Shown one piece after another: positions 1-11,692 of a stretch of DNA of 64,000 bases. The notes beneath the pieces were generated by a model, which saw only the letters and a program-made list of their open reading frames with translations, had not been told where the DNA came from and did not search any database. A program made the position numbers and the translations under genes. Source of the DNA: Octopus vulgaris. Taxonomy: Eukaryota. The stretch spans positions 162,316,001-162,380,000 of the forward strand of contig OX597817.1 of NCBI GenBank assembly GCA_951406725.2, in the 5' to 3' direction. Position 1 is the stretch's first letter, and every line of letters starts with the position of its first letter.

Positions 1-773
1 TTCAGTTCATCTTTGGTGTTACAAGGAGTTTTATTGGCCTTTCACAGTCTGGGGAGATAGGTGGCCAGATGTTAGGGGTGATGTGGTCAGAGAAATTGTC
101 TGACAGCCATGACTGGGTTCTACTTGTGTGACATGGTGCAGAGTCCTGTTGCCAGACATAGGGTTTTCCAGTAGCCACCCTCTTGACCCGGGGCAGCACT
201 CACTACCTCCTCCAGGCACTTGATTTAGGCCTCCATGTTGAGTCTGAGGCCGTGTGGGAAGATGAATGGAGGCATTACGTCACCATCACTAGTGATCACT
301 CCAAATACCATGATGTTGACTGAATGTTTGATTCTTATCTTGGACACTAGCGTAGCTGAGAGGGAGCGGTCCACTCCGGGCGGCACTTTTAAAGAGGCAC
401 CAGTTTGGGGTCTGCTGCAGGCAATATGTATTTTTTGTGGGGTCCAGGGGCGGCAAAAGGAAGGGTCGCCCAGGGCAGCACATACTCTAGCTACGCTAGT
501 GCTCTCGGTACATGTCCTCAGATTGCGCTGTCCTCAGATTGACACTCAAACACTCTGAAATGTTCGAAATTGGAGCTCCCAGCACGAATACCAAGCAGTA
601 CAACATATCGTTTCCAAATTTCTGGCAGAGTGAATTGCGTCATGATGCTGTTTTACTCACAGACGGTGCCCAACTGACCCTACTATACTGTGTAGTCGAC
701 AAAATCAGAAACAAACGATGCGCAGCGCGAAATTAAAAATATACAATGGCGACAATTTACCCATCGCACCCTG
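1..773 (-). mobile_element. Decayed Tc1/mariner (maT/DD37D-like) transposon, 5' end plus broken transposase; runs off the window
   Basis: Minus-strand peptide PYVWQQDSAPCHTS..WLSDNF..NIWPPISPDC (second Asp and WPPNSPDL-like motif). Start MTQFTLPEIWKR at 643. Terminus CAGGGTGCGATGGGTAAATTG ends at 773 next to TA (774-775). Internal deletions and stops. Confidence 0.85.
345..501. mobile_element. 157-bp MITE (hAT-like) inside the mariner remnant
   Basis: Perfect 13-bp TIRs CACTAGCGTAGCT / AGCTACGCTAGTG. The 8-bp flanks ATCTTGGA and CTCTCGGT match at 5/8 (possible old TSD). Confidence 0.75.
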
Positions 774-965
774 TATATGTGTATATCTATGTTTGTATGT
801 ATGTATGTATATGTGTGCATGTGTGTGTCTGTGTATTATGTATATATGCAATATATAAATATTCATTTGTATATGTATGTATGCATATTTATGTATACAC
901 TCTCACACACAACCACACACACATTTCTTCTCTTTCTCTTTTCTCTCTCTCTCTCTCTCTCTCGC

Positions 966-999
<34 letters not shown>

Positions 1000-1167
1000 A
1001 TACACCACCTCTGAAGCACGCACGTATGCGTGTATGTATATATAGATATGAATGTGTGTGCATAGGATAAAAACAGCAACAACGTCAATCACCTACTCTC
1101 CACCATCACCATTATCATTATTGTCGTGATCATAATCAACATTACCACTACCATCACCATAATCACC

Positions 1168-1249
<82 letters not shown>

Positions 1250-1591
1250 ACACGATCTCCATCACATTTCTATAGTCCTTACTGTCACTGTTATTTTTAA
1301 TCTCTTCAGTTTCCTTTATCTCAACAAAGATTTTTCCTTTGAAAAGAAGCTGGAATGACTGACTGATAGATAGATAGACAGACAGACAGATAAGTACATA
1401 CACACAGAGATAGACATACCGATAGATAGACAGACACAGAGATAGACGTACATACAGACAGAATGCTACAATTAGCTAAAGTGAGAGAGATGGATCTACG
1501 GAGACGATAGACATACGTGGATGGATATCTACAGACTGCCAGACGAACACAGATAGACAAACAGAGAGTGAGAAAGAGTGTGTATATGTGG

Positions 1592-1639
<48 letters not shown>

Positions 1640-2174
1640 GGCAGGTAGACAGACAGACAGACAAGAAGACAGACATAGACAGCCAGACAAACAGACAGAC
1701 AAGCAGACAGAGTGACAGACAAACATACAGACAAGCAGACAGACAAGCAGACATGATCAGACAGACGGATAAAAAGACAGACAGACAGACAGACAGGCAG
1801 GCAGAAGAACTGAAAGAGAGGAGGAAGGTGAACACAGCAAGAGGAAGATGAAAGAGAAAAACAAGATGAGAAAGATAAGAAATAGAAGAGGAAGGAGAAG
1901 AAAGTGTGGTGTTCTCATATGTCTTCTGGTAGCTTCCTTTATAGGGTGTCACACTTCATAGGTCATATTTTCATGGTGTGTGTGTGTGTGTGTATGCCTG
2001 TGTGTGTACGTATGCGCGCATGTGTGTGTGGGTGCGCGCGCTTTTGTATACATACATATACACACACACGCGTGTGTGTGGGTGAAAGTTTCTATATATA
2101 TATATATATATATAAATTATGCATGGATTAATTACGGTATATGATACTATATAAGGTAATGTTTTATGTGTGTG

Positions 2175-2540
2175 TGTGTGGCTGTATGGTTGAAAAGCTT
2201 ATGGTTCTAACCGTACAGTTTTGGGTTAAGTTGCACTGCATGGGACTTAAAGAAATTTGTTAGTATATTTGGTAAATGGAAACTGAAAGAAGCCCATTGT
2301 ATACACACACTCATATTCACTTAAGTATTATGTATGTGTGTGTGTGTATGACTCTGTGTGTGTGTGCATTTGTGTATACCCTTGTCCTGGTATCATTGCC
2401 ATGCAAGCGATGTTGTCAGGGGAAATATTATCTCGCTTGTGACTAGGTGAAAGCTGATGATAGGATGGGCATTGAATTGTGAAAAATCTGCCTCAACAAA
2501 TTTGGTCGGCATGGAAAAGTGGACAGTAAAACAATGATGC
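2175..2540 (+). mobile_element. Old SINE: family-A-like head with RTE-type 3' tail
   Basis: Diverged head (gtggctgtatggtt..aactgaaagaagccc), then gataggatgggcat..gcatggaaaagtggac..atgatg, similar to the tail at 60462-60612. Confidence 0.6.
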
Positions 2541-2587
2541 TGTTGACGGTTTATTTATTCTAGATACCCTCAGGAAATGCACACATA

Positions 2588-2983
2588 GGCGCAGGAGTGG
2601 CTGTGTGGTAAGTAGCTTGCTTACCAACCACATGGCTCTGGGTTCACTCCCACTGCGTGGTTCCTTGGGCAAGTGTCTTCTACTATAGCCCAGGCCGACC
2701 AAAGCCTTGTGAGTGGACGAAAACCGAAAGAAGCCCGTCGTATACATATGTATATGTATGTGTATGTATATGTTTGTGTGTCTGTGTTTGTCCCCACCAA
2801 CATCGCTTGACAACCGATGCTGGTGTGTTTACGTCCCCATAACTTAGCGGTTCGGCAAAAGAGACCAATAGAATAAGTACAAGGCTTACAAAGAATAAGT
2901 CCTGGGGTCAATTTGCTCGACTAAAAGGCGGTGCTCCAGCATGGCCGCAGTCAAATGACTGAAACGAGTAAAAGAGTAAAAGA
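2588..2983 (+). mobile_element. tRNA-headed SINE family A, full length
   Basis: Head GGCGCAGGAGTGGCTGTGTGGTAAG..GGTTCA.TCCC (A/B boxes), internal TA/TG microsatellite, (GTAAAAGA)n tail. More than 12 copies in the window. Confidence 0.9.
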
Positions 2984-3039
2984 ATATTAGTGAAATGATC
3001 GCCAATTTAAACCCAGACAGTGATATTTTTTTACAGAGT

Positions 3040-3630
3040 ACCACATCCACTACAACGAAACATTTGGGAAGTGTTTCTTTAGTTAGAAGTTGGAGTACAT
3101 GGAAGACTCAGCCATCTTACTCCGAAGAGTGAGGAAGTAGGAAACAATTTGGTCCAATCTTCTATGCAACGTAAATGCCTTCATGAATATTGTCAAGAAG
3201 TTTTTATCTCTAACTAGACCACACATCTCAAGCAAAGCAATTTAAAGCACGCAATGATAAGGTGAGTTACTCTGAACTAGACAACACCGCTTCTAATATC
3301 GCATGCTACAACAGTAACAAGCATAAACCCACGCAAGCCTGTTAGCTGAAAGGATTCTCCTTTTCCAAGAACGATTTTCACCCAACATGATGGTATCCAG
3401 ATTTACAGCCAATTACATCAAGAGAAGATTTATTCAGCATACGCGTGATTTACAGTCAATAACTTCAAAAGAAGGCTTACACTTCATATACACTCCTTCA
3501 GGTCCAGGGAGAAAAAAAGCTACATTACTCTGTCCCGTTTTATGAGGAAGCGTTGGGATCAGGGAAATGTTCTTCCCAACATAATCTGGGATATTTTCGA
3601 CAGGCCTCATCAATACTCACATCGAGTGCG
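3040..3630 (+). mobile_element. Penelope-like retroelement remnant (RT-to-GIY-YIG linker and C-terminal region)
   Basis: Frameshifted peptides TIWSN..NIVKKFLSL, KVSYSELDNTASNIACYN and LSRFM..NIIWDIFDR resemble the PLE motifs IIWFNPP, KVSYSCMPNM and LSKYIW..IKWSI. Confidence 0.65.
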
Positions 3631-4049
3631 CAGCTTTTTTTTTTTATTTACAACAAACTATATATATATTACGAAATGCTGCAACGACTTAACAAAAAAA
3701 ACTGAATTCTCATTCTGATGCCATTAACGAGACTATCCGTTTTGATAGTTTTAAGTTATCTGTTGTCAGTAACATAACATATTTGCTCCACATATTACAA
3801 TAGTTCATTGTATCCCTAAAAAAATAAAACAAACAAACAAAAACAAACAAAAAACAAGGCAGAAAATTCAACTGCCGTTTTACTGCTAATAATTAGTGTT
3901 AACTGCCAGCGTGTAGCTATTAATACCAGACCATTCCATAAACTTTACTGAAATTTAAACCTCAATGTAACTGGAATTTCTAGCCACAGCAACGGTGAAT
4001 ACTCATGCTCGTTGTAATGGTACTGTCTCCTCTTCAGTAGCAACCAGCA

Positions 4050-4248
4050 GCCATGATAGATCGGCAAGATCGGTAGCCACTACAAACATTTTTTTTCTCT
4101 CCTTGTTTTTTCTGTGTCACTTTCTGTAGAAGAGCGTAGGGTCGAAACGTAAAAGACTTTTTCAATTCCCGAGCATTATACTAATACATCTGTTTGTTTT
4201 CCACACCACCTGTCTTCGTCTTTTGTTTTTTTTTTCGTGAATTTTTCC
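4050..4248 (+). mobile_element. ~200-bp PLE pseudo-LTR-like module with a variant hammerhead
   Basis: A homologous copy lies in reverse at 10786-10973. Contains CTTT-CTGTAGA-A-GAGC-GTAG-GGTC-GAAA-CG-TA-AAAG. Confidence 0.7.
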
Positions 4249-4301
4249 TGCAAAACCCTATAACTCCTTCTTCTCTCTTTCTTTCACCCTCTTTTACGTC
4301 C

Positions 4302-4347
<46 letters not shown>

Positions 4348-4970
4348 TCCTCATCTCTCTCACAGCCTGGTCTACGAACTTCCTTTCGACGGCTGCCTTG
4401 TTCAAGTAAACATGTTTCTTCCTGCGCTCGTGAAAAAAATTTTTTTTTTCCTCGTCTAGGCTTTTAGGCCCTCTTTATTTGTTTTCCTGTCCTGTTTCTA
4501 TTCCTTCTTGTACTGTATTTTTTGTAATTGTATTTATTTTGTATTTGTTTTTAATTGTATTGTTTTTACCTCCTGTTTTTGTCACATTTTTGTCACATTT
4601 TTTCCCTTGTTTTTACCCCTCTGCAAAGGAATTTTATTTTAATTCTTTCGCAGGAAGGATTAGTTCAGCGAGACGTGTTCTGTCCATCCTTCGAAACACG
4701 CTGGAGTTGAACTAGGGACAGCTGATGAAGGGGATTTTTCCTTGTGTAGTTGTCTTGTACTCTGTTTTTTCGTTGTTAAAAAAATGGTCCGTTCCATGCT
4801 GTTTTTACGTTTTCGTTTCTCGTTGAGTTCTGTGTCTATTTATGGTGTCCTGTACACACGTATATATATTTATATATGCATGTATATATACATGTAGATG
4901 TAGGTACGTACATATATGTTTGTATGTATGCATATATTTTATTTATTACACTATTATATATATATATATA

Positions 4971-5181
4971 TATATAATATAATTCGAGACAAAACCACTA
5001 TTTTGCAAAACAAACAAGGAAAGACTTAATCAATACATAAAAATTTTTAATATAAAGAAATAAACCGCCACTACAATCGTTTCATGTCTTCAATGACATT
5101 CGTCAGGTGGATTTTCGATCTCCTAATCTGTTTTAATTTTGTTTTGCAAAATAGTGGTTTTGTCTCGAATTATATTATATA
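4971..5181. repeat. 44-bp perfect inverted repeat enclosing the hammerhead, between (TA)n tracts
   Basis: TATATAATATAATTCGAGACAAAACCACTATTTTGCAAAACAAA (4971-5014) is the reverse complement of 5138-5181. Confidence 0.9.
5067..5110 (-). ncRNA. Minimal type-I hammerhead ribozyme, canonical core
   Basis: Minus strand reads CCAC-CUGACGA-AUGUC-auugaa-GACAU-GAAA-C-gauu-G-UA^GUGG: stem I CCAC/GUGG, 5-bp stem II, near-palindromic short stem III, GUA cleavage triplet. Confidence 0.8.
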
Positions 5182-5496
5182 ATATTTTACTATAAAATTG
5201 GATTTAATCCTAAATCTGATTTTTCCCTGTAAATTTGGATTTATTCCCTAATATTTATTATATATATATATATATATATATACCAGCTCCATCACGTGAT
5301 CTGATCCGTCTAAGGAGAAAAATTCACGCACACTATCCAGTGACAATAATCAACTTTTTCTAGCAGCTGTGCCTGATTAAGCACTGAGTCGTAAGCGTCC
5401 AAAACGACCGGATGCAGATGTGTTTCTGAGGTCTGTGAAACTTAAAGTAATGCAAATTCAGTTAAAATCTTTAAGAAACAACATAGATACAATATT

Positions 5497-5900
5497 GTTT
5501 CTATTCTAGGCACAAAGCCTGAAATTTAAGGGAATTAGGCGATACCATTGACCTCTGAACTCGACTAGTACTATAGTTCATTGATGCCAAAGGATTAAAA
5601 ACATAGCTGATTTCACCTGGATTTAGAACGTTGAGAGCCGAAAGGTTACTACAAAGCACTTTGGCTGCCGCGTTAACGATTCTTATTTCTTTACTACCCA
5701 CAAGGGGCTAAACATAGAGAGGACAAACAAGGACAGACAAAGGGATTAAGTCGATTACATCGACTCCAGTGCGTAACTGGTACTTAATTTATCGGCCCCG
5801 AAAGGATGAAAGGCAAAGTCAACCTCGGCGGAATTTGAACTCAGAACGTAATGATAGACGAAATACTGCTAAGCATTTCACCCGGCGTGCTAACGATTCT
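5497..5900 (-). mobile_element. SINE family B composite (young copy joined 5' of an old copy)
   Basis: Head ggcagaatcgttagcacgccggg..gagttcaaattccgccgagg, central gactttgcctttcatcctttcggggtcgataaa (Meta/Deu/Nin-like domain), young tail ending gtagtaaagaaataag, then a diverged copy. Confidence 0.85.
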
Positions 5901-5932
5901 GCCAAACCATCACCTTTACACACACACACACA

Positions 5933-5964
<32 letters not shown>

Positions 5965-5997
5965 CACATATGTATGTATGAATGTATGTATGTATGA

Positions 5998-6028
<31 letters not shown>

Positions 6029-6097
6029 TGTATGTATGTATGTATGTATGTATGCATGTATGCATGTATGTATGTTGTACGTGTATGCATATGTATA

Positions 6098-6475
6098 CTC
6101 TTTCTTTTTCTTTCTTTTACTTGTTTCAGTAATTTGGCTGCGGCCATGCTGGAGCACCGCCTTTAGTCGAACAAATCGACCCCAGGACTTATTCTTTGTA
6201 AGCCTAGTACTTAATCTGTCGGTCTCTTTTGCCGAACTGCTAAGTTACGGGGACGTAAACACACCAACATCAGTTGTCAAGCGATGTCGGGAGGACAAAC
6301 ACAGACACAGACGCAGTCACACAAATATATATACGATGGGCTTCTTTCAGTTTCCGTCTACCAAATCCACTCACAAGGCTTTGATCGGCCCGGGGCTATA
6401 GTAGAAGACACTTGCCAAAGGTGCCACGCAGTGGGACTGAACCCGGAGCCATGTGGTTGATAAGCAAGCTACTTA
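6098..6475 (-). mobile_element. SINE family A
   Basis: Reverse complement of the 2588-2983 element, slightly 5'-truncated. Confidence 0.9.
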
Positions 6476-6621
6476 TGTATTTATATACACAACTGTATAC
6501 ACACACACATACATATATATATACACACACACGCACTTGTATACATATATGTGTGTATGTATGTATGTATGTATGTATGTATGTATGTATGTATGTATGT
6601 ATGTAGGTAAATGTATATATT

Positions 6622-6984
6622 TAGTTCCCAACCACATGGTGCCGTGTTCAGTCCCACAGGGCACACCTTGAACAAATGTTTTCCACTATAGGTCTAAGTT
6701 AGCCAAAGACTTGTGAGTGAATTTAGTTGACGGAAACTGAAAGAAGCCTGTCGTTTATATGCGCGTTCGCGTTACTGTTTGCGTTTGACCCCATCACTGC
6801 TTGACAACCGTTGTTGATTTGTTTACGTCCCGTAACTTAGCAGTTTGGCAAAGAGAGAGAGAGAGTTAGAGAATGAGTACCAGGGCTTAAGCAGCTGGTT
6901 ACTGAGGTCGAGCTGTTCGATTAAAACCTTTCAGTGTGGTGCCCCAGCATGGCTTCAGACGAATGACTGAAAGAAGTAAAAGAT
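6622..6984 (+). mobile_element. SINE family A, diverged
   Basis: caaccacatgg..gacggaaactgaaagaagcc..tgactgaaagaagtaaaag. Confidence 0.8.
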
Positions 6985-7259
6985 ACGCGCGCGCGCTAAT
7001 ATAGAGAAATAGTAGGCGAGAGAGGGGGAAAGAGAAGGCGAGAGAGAAGGAAAGAGAAGGCGAGAGAGAGGGAAAGAGAAAGAAAGAGACAGAGGGGAGA
7101 AAGAAAGAGAAAGAGAGAGGAAGGGAGAGAGAGAGAGAGAATGTGTGTGTGTATGGTACCCAGGGAGGAGGTAAAGAAAGGGAGAAAGTGGGTGCGAAGG
7201 ATGAGAGAGGAATATTCTCAGGTGTTCTGCGTTTTCTTGTGATTCGAAACCAGTCAAAT

Positions 7260-7570
7260 AATTCGGGCCTCATCTCCCCCCCAGCCCACTCACTCTACAA
7301 GCATCCCACTATTTCTAGCCTCACTACCCCCCGCCCGCCCCCAACGAATTTACTGCCAGCTTCGACACCCCGCCCTTGATCAAACCTAAATCAGACATTA
7401 TCGCCCAACACCGACACCAGCGCCAAAACCGCCATTTCCGATACCTTCAGCACCATTTCACGCGCAGCAGAATTTTCGCCCCTTCTTCGTTCCTACCACC
7501 TCTTCTGGTTCCTTTTGACAAGAACTACCCGGTTGTCATGGTTACTGGTGTGCCAATGCGACTACTATCT
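7260..7570. promoter_or_regulatory. Candidate CpG-rich promoter with an RFX X-box
   Basis: Non-repeat, CpG-rich stretch with GC boxes (CCCCGCCC twice), YY1-like CCGCCATTT near 7430, X-box GTTGTCATGGTTAC at 7532-7545 (reverse complement GTAACC-AT-GACAAC) and CCAAT near 7553. Confidence 0.45.
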
Positions 7571-7873
7571 CCTCCACGCCACTATCACCATCGTTATGAT
7601 GTATATCTCACTTAAACGTGTCGGAGGTGGGGGGATGGGGGTGGTGGTGTGAGTATGTGTATGTTTGTGTGTAGGGGGGAGAGGGGGGAACTGCAGGAGG
7701 TAGGTTTTGTAGTTGGCCACGTCACGTAATACATAAATATAAACACAAGATTCACACACACACACATATACCCGCACAACACATACGCGCATATGTATTT
7801 CACACACATAGGTACATATACACGCATAAATATTTCACACGAACACGCACGCACAGACACACAGACACACACA

Positions 7874-7915
<42 letters not shown>

Positions 7916-7987
7916 AATGCGTATAGATGTACAAATATATATATACGTCTATACGTACATATCTATACACATATTTGTACATATATA

Positions 7988-8335
7988 GGCGCAGGAGTGG
8001 CTGTGTGGTAAGAAGCTTGTTTACCAACCACATGGTTCCGGGTTCAGTCCCACTGCTTGGCACCTTGGGCAAGTGTCTTCTACTATAGCCTCGGGCCGAC
8101 CAAAACCTTGTGGGTGGATTTGGTAGACGGAAACAGAAAGAAGCCCGTCGTATATATGTATATGTATATATATGTGTGTTTGAGTGTCTGTGTTTGTCCC
8201 CACCACCCAACAACCTATGGTGATGTGTTTACGTCCCCGTAACTTAGCAGTTCGGCAAAAGAGACCGATAGAATAAGTACTAGGCTTACAAAGAATAAGT
8301 CATGGGGTCGATTTGCTCCAGCATGGCGGTGCTCC
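7988..8335 (+). mobile_element. SINE family A (3' end fused to an inverted copy)
   Basis: Full head and body; the tail is replaced by a palindromic junction. Confidence 0.9.
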
Positions 8336-8509
8336 ATGCTGGAGCACACCCTTTAGTCGAGCAAATCGACCCCAGGACTTATTCTTTGTGAAGCCTAGTA
8401 CTTATTCTATCGGTCTCTTTTGCCGAACTGCTAAGTTACGGGGACGTAAACACACCAGCATTGGTTGTCAAGCGATGTTGGGGGGACAAACACAGACACC
8501 CAAACAGAT

Positions 8510-8554
<45 letters not shown>

Positions 8555-8719
8555 TACGACAGAATTATTTCAGTTTCCGTCTACCAAATCCACTCACAAG
8601 GCTTTGGTCGGCCCGAGGCTATAGGAGAAGACAATTGCCCAAGGTGCCACGCAGTGGGACTGAACCCGGGGCCATGTGGTTGTTAAGCAAGCTACTTACC
8701 ACACAGCCACTCCTACGCC
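8335..8719 (-). mobile_element. SINE family A, tail-to-tail with the previous copy
   Basis: Reverse complement of family A from ccatgctggagcac to cactcctacgcc. Confidence 0.9.
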
Positions 8720-9128
8720 TGAAGACATGACAGAAAATGAAACTTGGGCAAAGCTTTCTAATCCAGAAACCAAGCATCAGTGCATGGAATGGCATCGTAT
8801 CTCGAAGGTCTAAGAAGCTGAAGAGCCACAAGTGCTATAAGACGTTATGGCGACTGTCTTGAGGGATGACAACGACGGCATTCTATTTGATTTTCTGGAA
8901 CGTGGCTGTACTGTGAACAGCGAGCGGTAACATTGAGACACTCAAAATGTTTAGAGATGCGTAGGAGTGGCTGTGTGGTAAGTAGCTTGCTTACCAATCA
9001 CATGGTTCCGGGTTCAGTTCCACTGCGTGGCACCTTGGGCAAGTGTCTTCTCCCATAGCCTTGGGCCGACCAAAGCCTTGTGAGTGGATTTTGTTGACGG
9101 AAACTGAAAGAAGCCCTTCGTATATATA

Positions 9129-9178
<50 letters not shown>

Positions 9179-9747
9179 CGTGTGTGTATGTTTGTGTGTC
9201 TGTGTTTGTTCTCCCAACATCGCCTGACAACTGATGCTGGTGTGTTTACGTCCCCGTAACTTAGCGGTTCGGCAAAAGAGACCGATAGAATAAGTACTAG
9301 GCTTACACAGAATAAGTCCTGAGGTCGATTTGCTCGACTAAAGGCGGTGCTCCAGCATTGCCACAGTCAAATAACTGAAACAAGTAAAAGAGTAAAAGAG
9401 TAAACCATTAGGGAAAAGAGACTGGACAAAAATCTAAAAGCGATCTATATATACCATGACAATCCACAACTACACACATCTTTGGCAACAAATCTGGCAG
9501 TCGCCAAACTGGGCTGTTCAGTGTTTCCCCCATCCGCTGTGCAGTATGGATCTACTACTTCACCCCCACTGATAGCCACCTCTTCAGTCCAAAGAAGGAT
9601 GCTGTTCAGGAACAGTGATATTTATGACACAGATGAGGTAAAAGTGGTTGTGAAGAAGTTACAACAGTGTATTTTTAAAGAGGAGTCGGGAGTTGGGTTC
9701 AACTGTGGCGCGAATGCATCGCTTATGATGAAAACTGTGTTGAGTAG
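8720..9747 (+). pseudogene. Decayed mariner (DD34D-type) transposase interrupted by a SINE A
   Basis: TENETW..PETKHQCMEW, MATV..DGILFDFLERGCTVNSER, [SINE], IREKR..YHDNPQLHTS, FPHPLCSMDL, HLFSPKKDA, WRECIAYDENCVE*. These match the mariner motifs TGDETW, HDNARPH, HPPYSPDL and WxKCI..G.YVE. Confidence 0.85.
8958..9403 (+). mobile_element. SINE family A inserted in the mariner transposase
   Basis: Full-length copy; the transposase reads through on both sides (..FRDA | IREKR..). Confidence 0.9.
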
Positions 9748-9752
9748 TATCT

Positions 9753-9987
9753 TTCTTTTTTTTTTATTGCCCACAAGAGGCTAAACATAGAGGATAAACA
9801 AGGACAGACAAAGGGATTAAGTCGATTACATCGATCCCAGTGCGTAACTGGTACTTAATTTATCGACCCCGAAAGGATGAAAGGCAAAGTCGACCACGGC
9901 GGAATTTGAACACAGAACGCAGCGGCGGACGAAATGCCACAAAGCATTTTGCCCGGCGTGCTAACGTTTCAGCTAGCTCGCCGCCTT
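9753..9987 (-). mobile_element. SINE family B monomer (young tail)
   Basis: Head aaggcggcgagctagctgaaacgttagcacg to tail ttgtgggcaataaaa. The flanking tagtatctttct / tagcatctttct could be a TSD. Confidence 0.9.
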
Positions 9988-10673
9988 TAGTAGCATCTTT
10001 CTATTGAGGAGTTGACTAGTATCTTTCTATTGAGGAAGAGTATCTCTACGAAGACGTACCTCTGTCAATGACTTATGTCAAACAATTAAAAAAAGTCATG
10101 CCCGCTTTTGTATTAATTTCAGTATAATCCGCGTATATAAAATTTTCGCTTCCTTCTTGAATCGTCTCCATTGCATTATTCGTTTGTTGAGGGTGCTGAA
10201 GCCAGCGAATGGTAGCGACCGCTATCCCAAGGAGTCGAAATCGACATGACCCTCGGCAGATAGCTGATAAAGGGAATGTTCTGTTTTGTTTATTAATTTT
10301 GTTCTATTTCCCTTGTTCTATACGCTTTCCTTGTTTGTCTCTGCTTCATTATTCTACTTTACACCAGGGCTGCAAGCTGGAAGAATATATATTTAACACA
10401 CCGGACAAAAATGGTTAGCGGCATTTTTTCCGGGTTTTTTCGTTCTGAGTTCAAATGCCGCTGAAGTAATTTTTTTCTCAAAGTCAATACAATAAGAACC
10501 AGCTGAACACCGGAGTCGATGGATCGACTAGCCTCTTCCCTGAAGTTACTGGACTAGTGCCAACATTTGAGACCCTTATTTTGCTTACACACGCTCATAT
10601 ATACATTGTATATGAATGTATCTGTATATATACATACAAACGCACACACACACACACACACAGGCACACACAC

Positions 10674-10775
<102 letters not shown>

Positions 10776-10785
10776 ATACATATAT

Positions 10786-10972
10786 GGAGAATTTACGAAA
10801 AAAAAACAAAAGACGAAGACAGGTGGTGTACAAAACAAACAGATGTATTAGTATAACGCTCAGGAATATAAAAGGTATTTTACGTTTCGAGCCTACGCTC
10901 TTCTACAGAAAGGAATGCAGAAAGAAACAAGGAGAGAAAAAAATGTGTGTAGTGGCTAACGATCTATCATGG

Positions 10973-10973
<1 letters not shown>
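10786..10973 (-). mobile_element. Second copy of the ~200-bp PLE-like module with a variant hammerhead (10878-10911)
   Basis: Minus strand reads TTT-CTGTAGA-A-GAGC-GTAG-GCTC-GAAA-CG-TA-AAA. Flanked by (CA)n and (TA)n. Confidence 0.7.
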
Positions 10974-11034
<61 letters not shown>

Positions 11035-11073
11035 ATATGTATGTATATGTATATATATATGTACATATATCTA

Positions 11074-11157
<84 letters not shown>

Positions 11158-11692
11158 TGAATCGTCTTCTCCGTTTCTTAATCACCTATGTTGGTTTATC
11201 CGTTAGTTTCCTTATACAAAAATAACTGTCATTATTTCCAAAATTTTATCACCAGCCACATTATGAAGGTCTGCTCTGAAATTTTTCCAACCAGGCAGGA
11301 AGATAGATAATAAATGCTAAATTCCTTATCTCTAACCGAATTGCTGTCTCTGTTAAACAGACATTCCCGGAAATCGAAAATCGTTTAACCAACAGAATTT
11401 ATGTCAACACCAAAATCTATTCGTCTAAAGAGAATTTTTTTCTCCTTGTATAATTGTGTAATCTTGTTCCAACAAGATGGCAATGAAAAGTTTATTTTTC
11501 TTACTGTCTTTCTTTTTTTTGTTTTTAGAGTTTTTAGTTTACCTTTATTTATTATTATTTTTTTTACTTCCCTCTCTTTTCTGTCCATGGTTTTATTTTC
11601 TCCTAATATTTGCAGCAGGTTACGAGTTTTTCGTTTTAAATGTCGAAAGAAATGAGATGGTGGAATAGGAAAAATCCCAGTGGTAGTTTATG

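Noticed and set aside
3670-3816. Minus-strand exon after a strong acceptor-like tract
   Set aside because: All three phases hit stops before a donor. It could only be UTR or non-coding, which cannot be supported without RNA data.
4655-4755. Hammerhead-like CTGATGA-AGGGA-tttt-TCCTT
   Set aside because: No GAAA follows stem II, so it is at best a decayed relic. The same applies to CTGAGGA near 58644.
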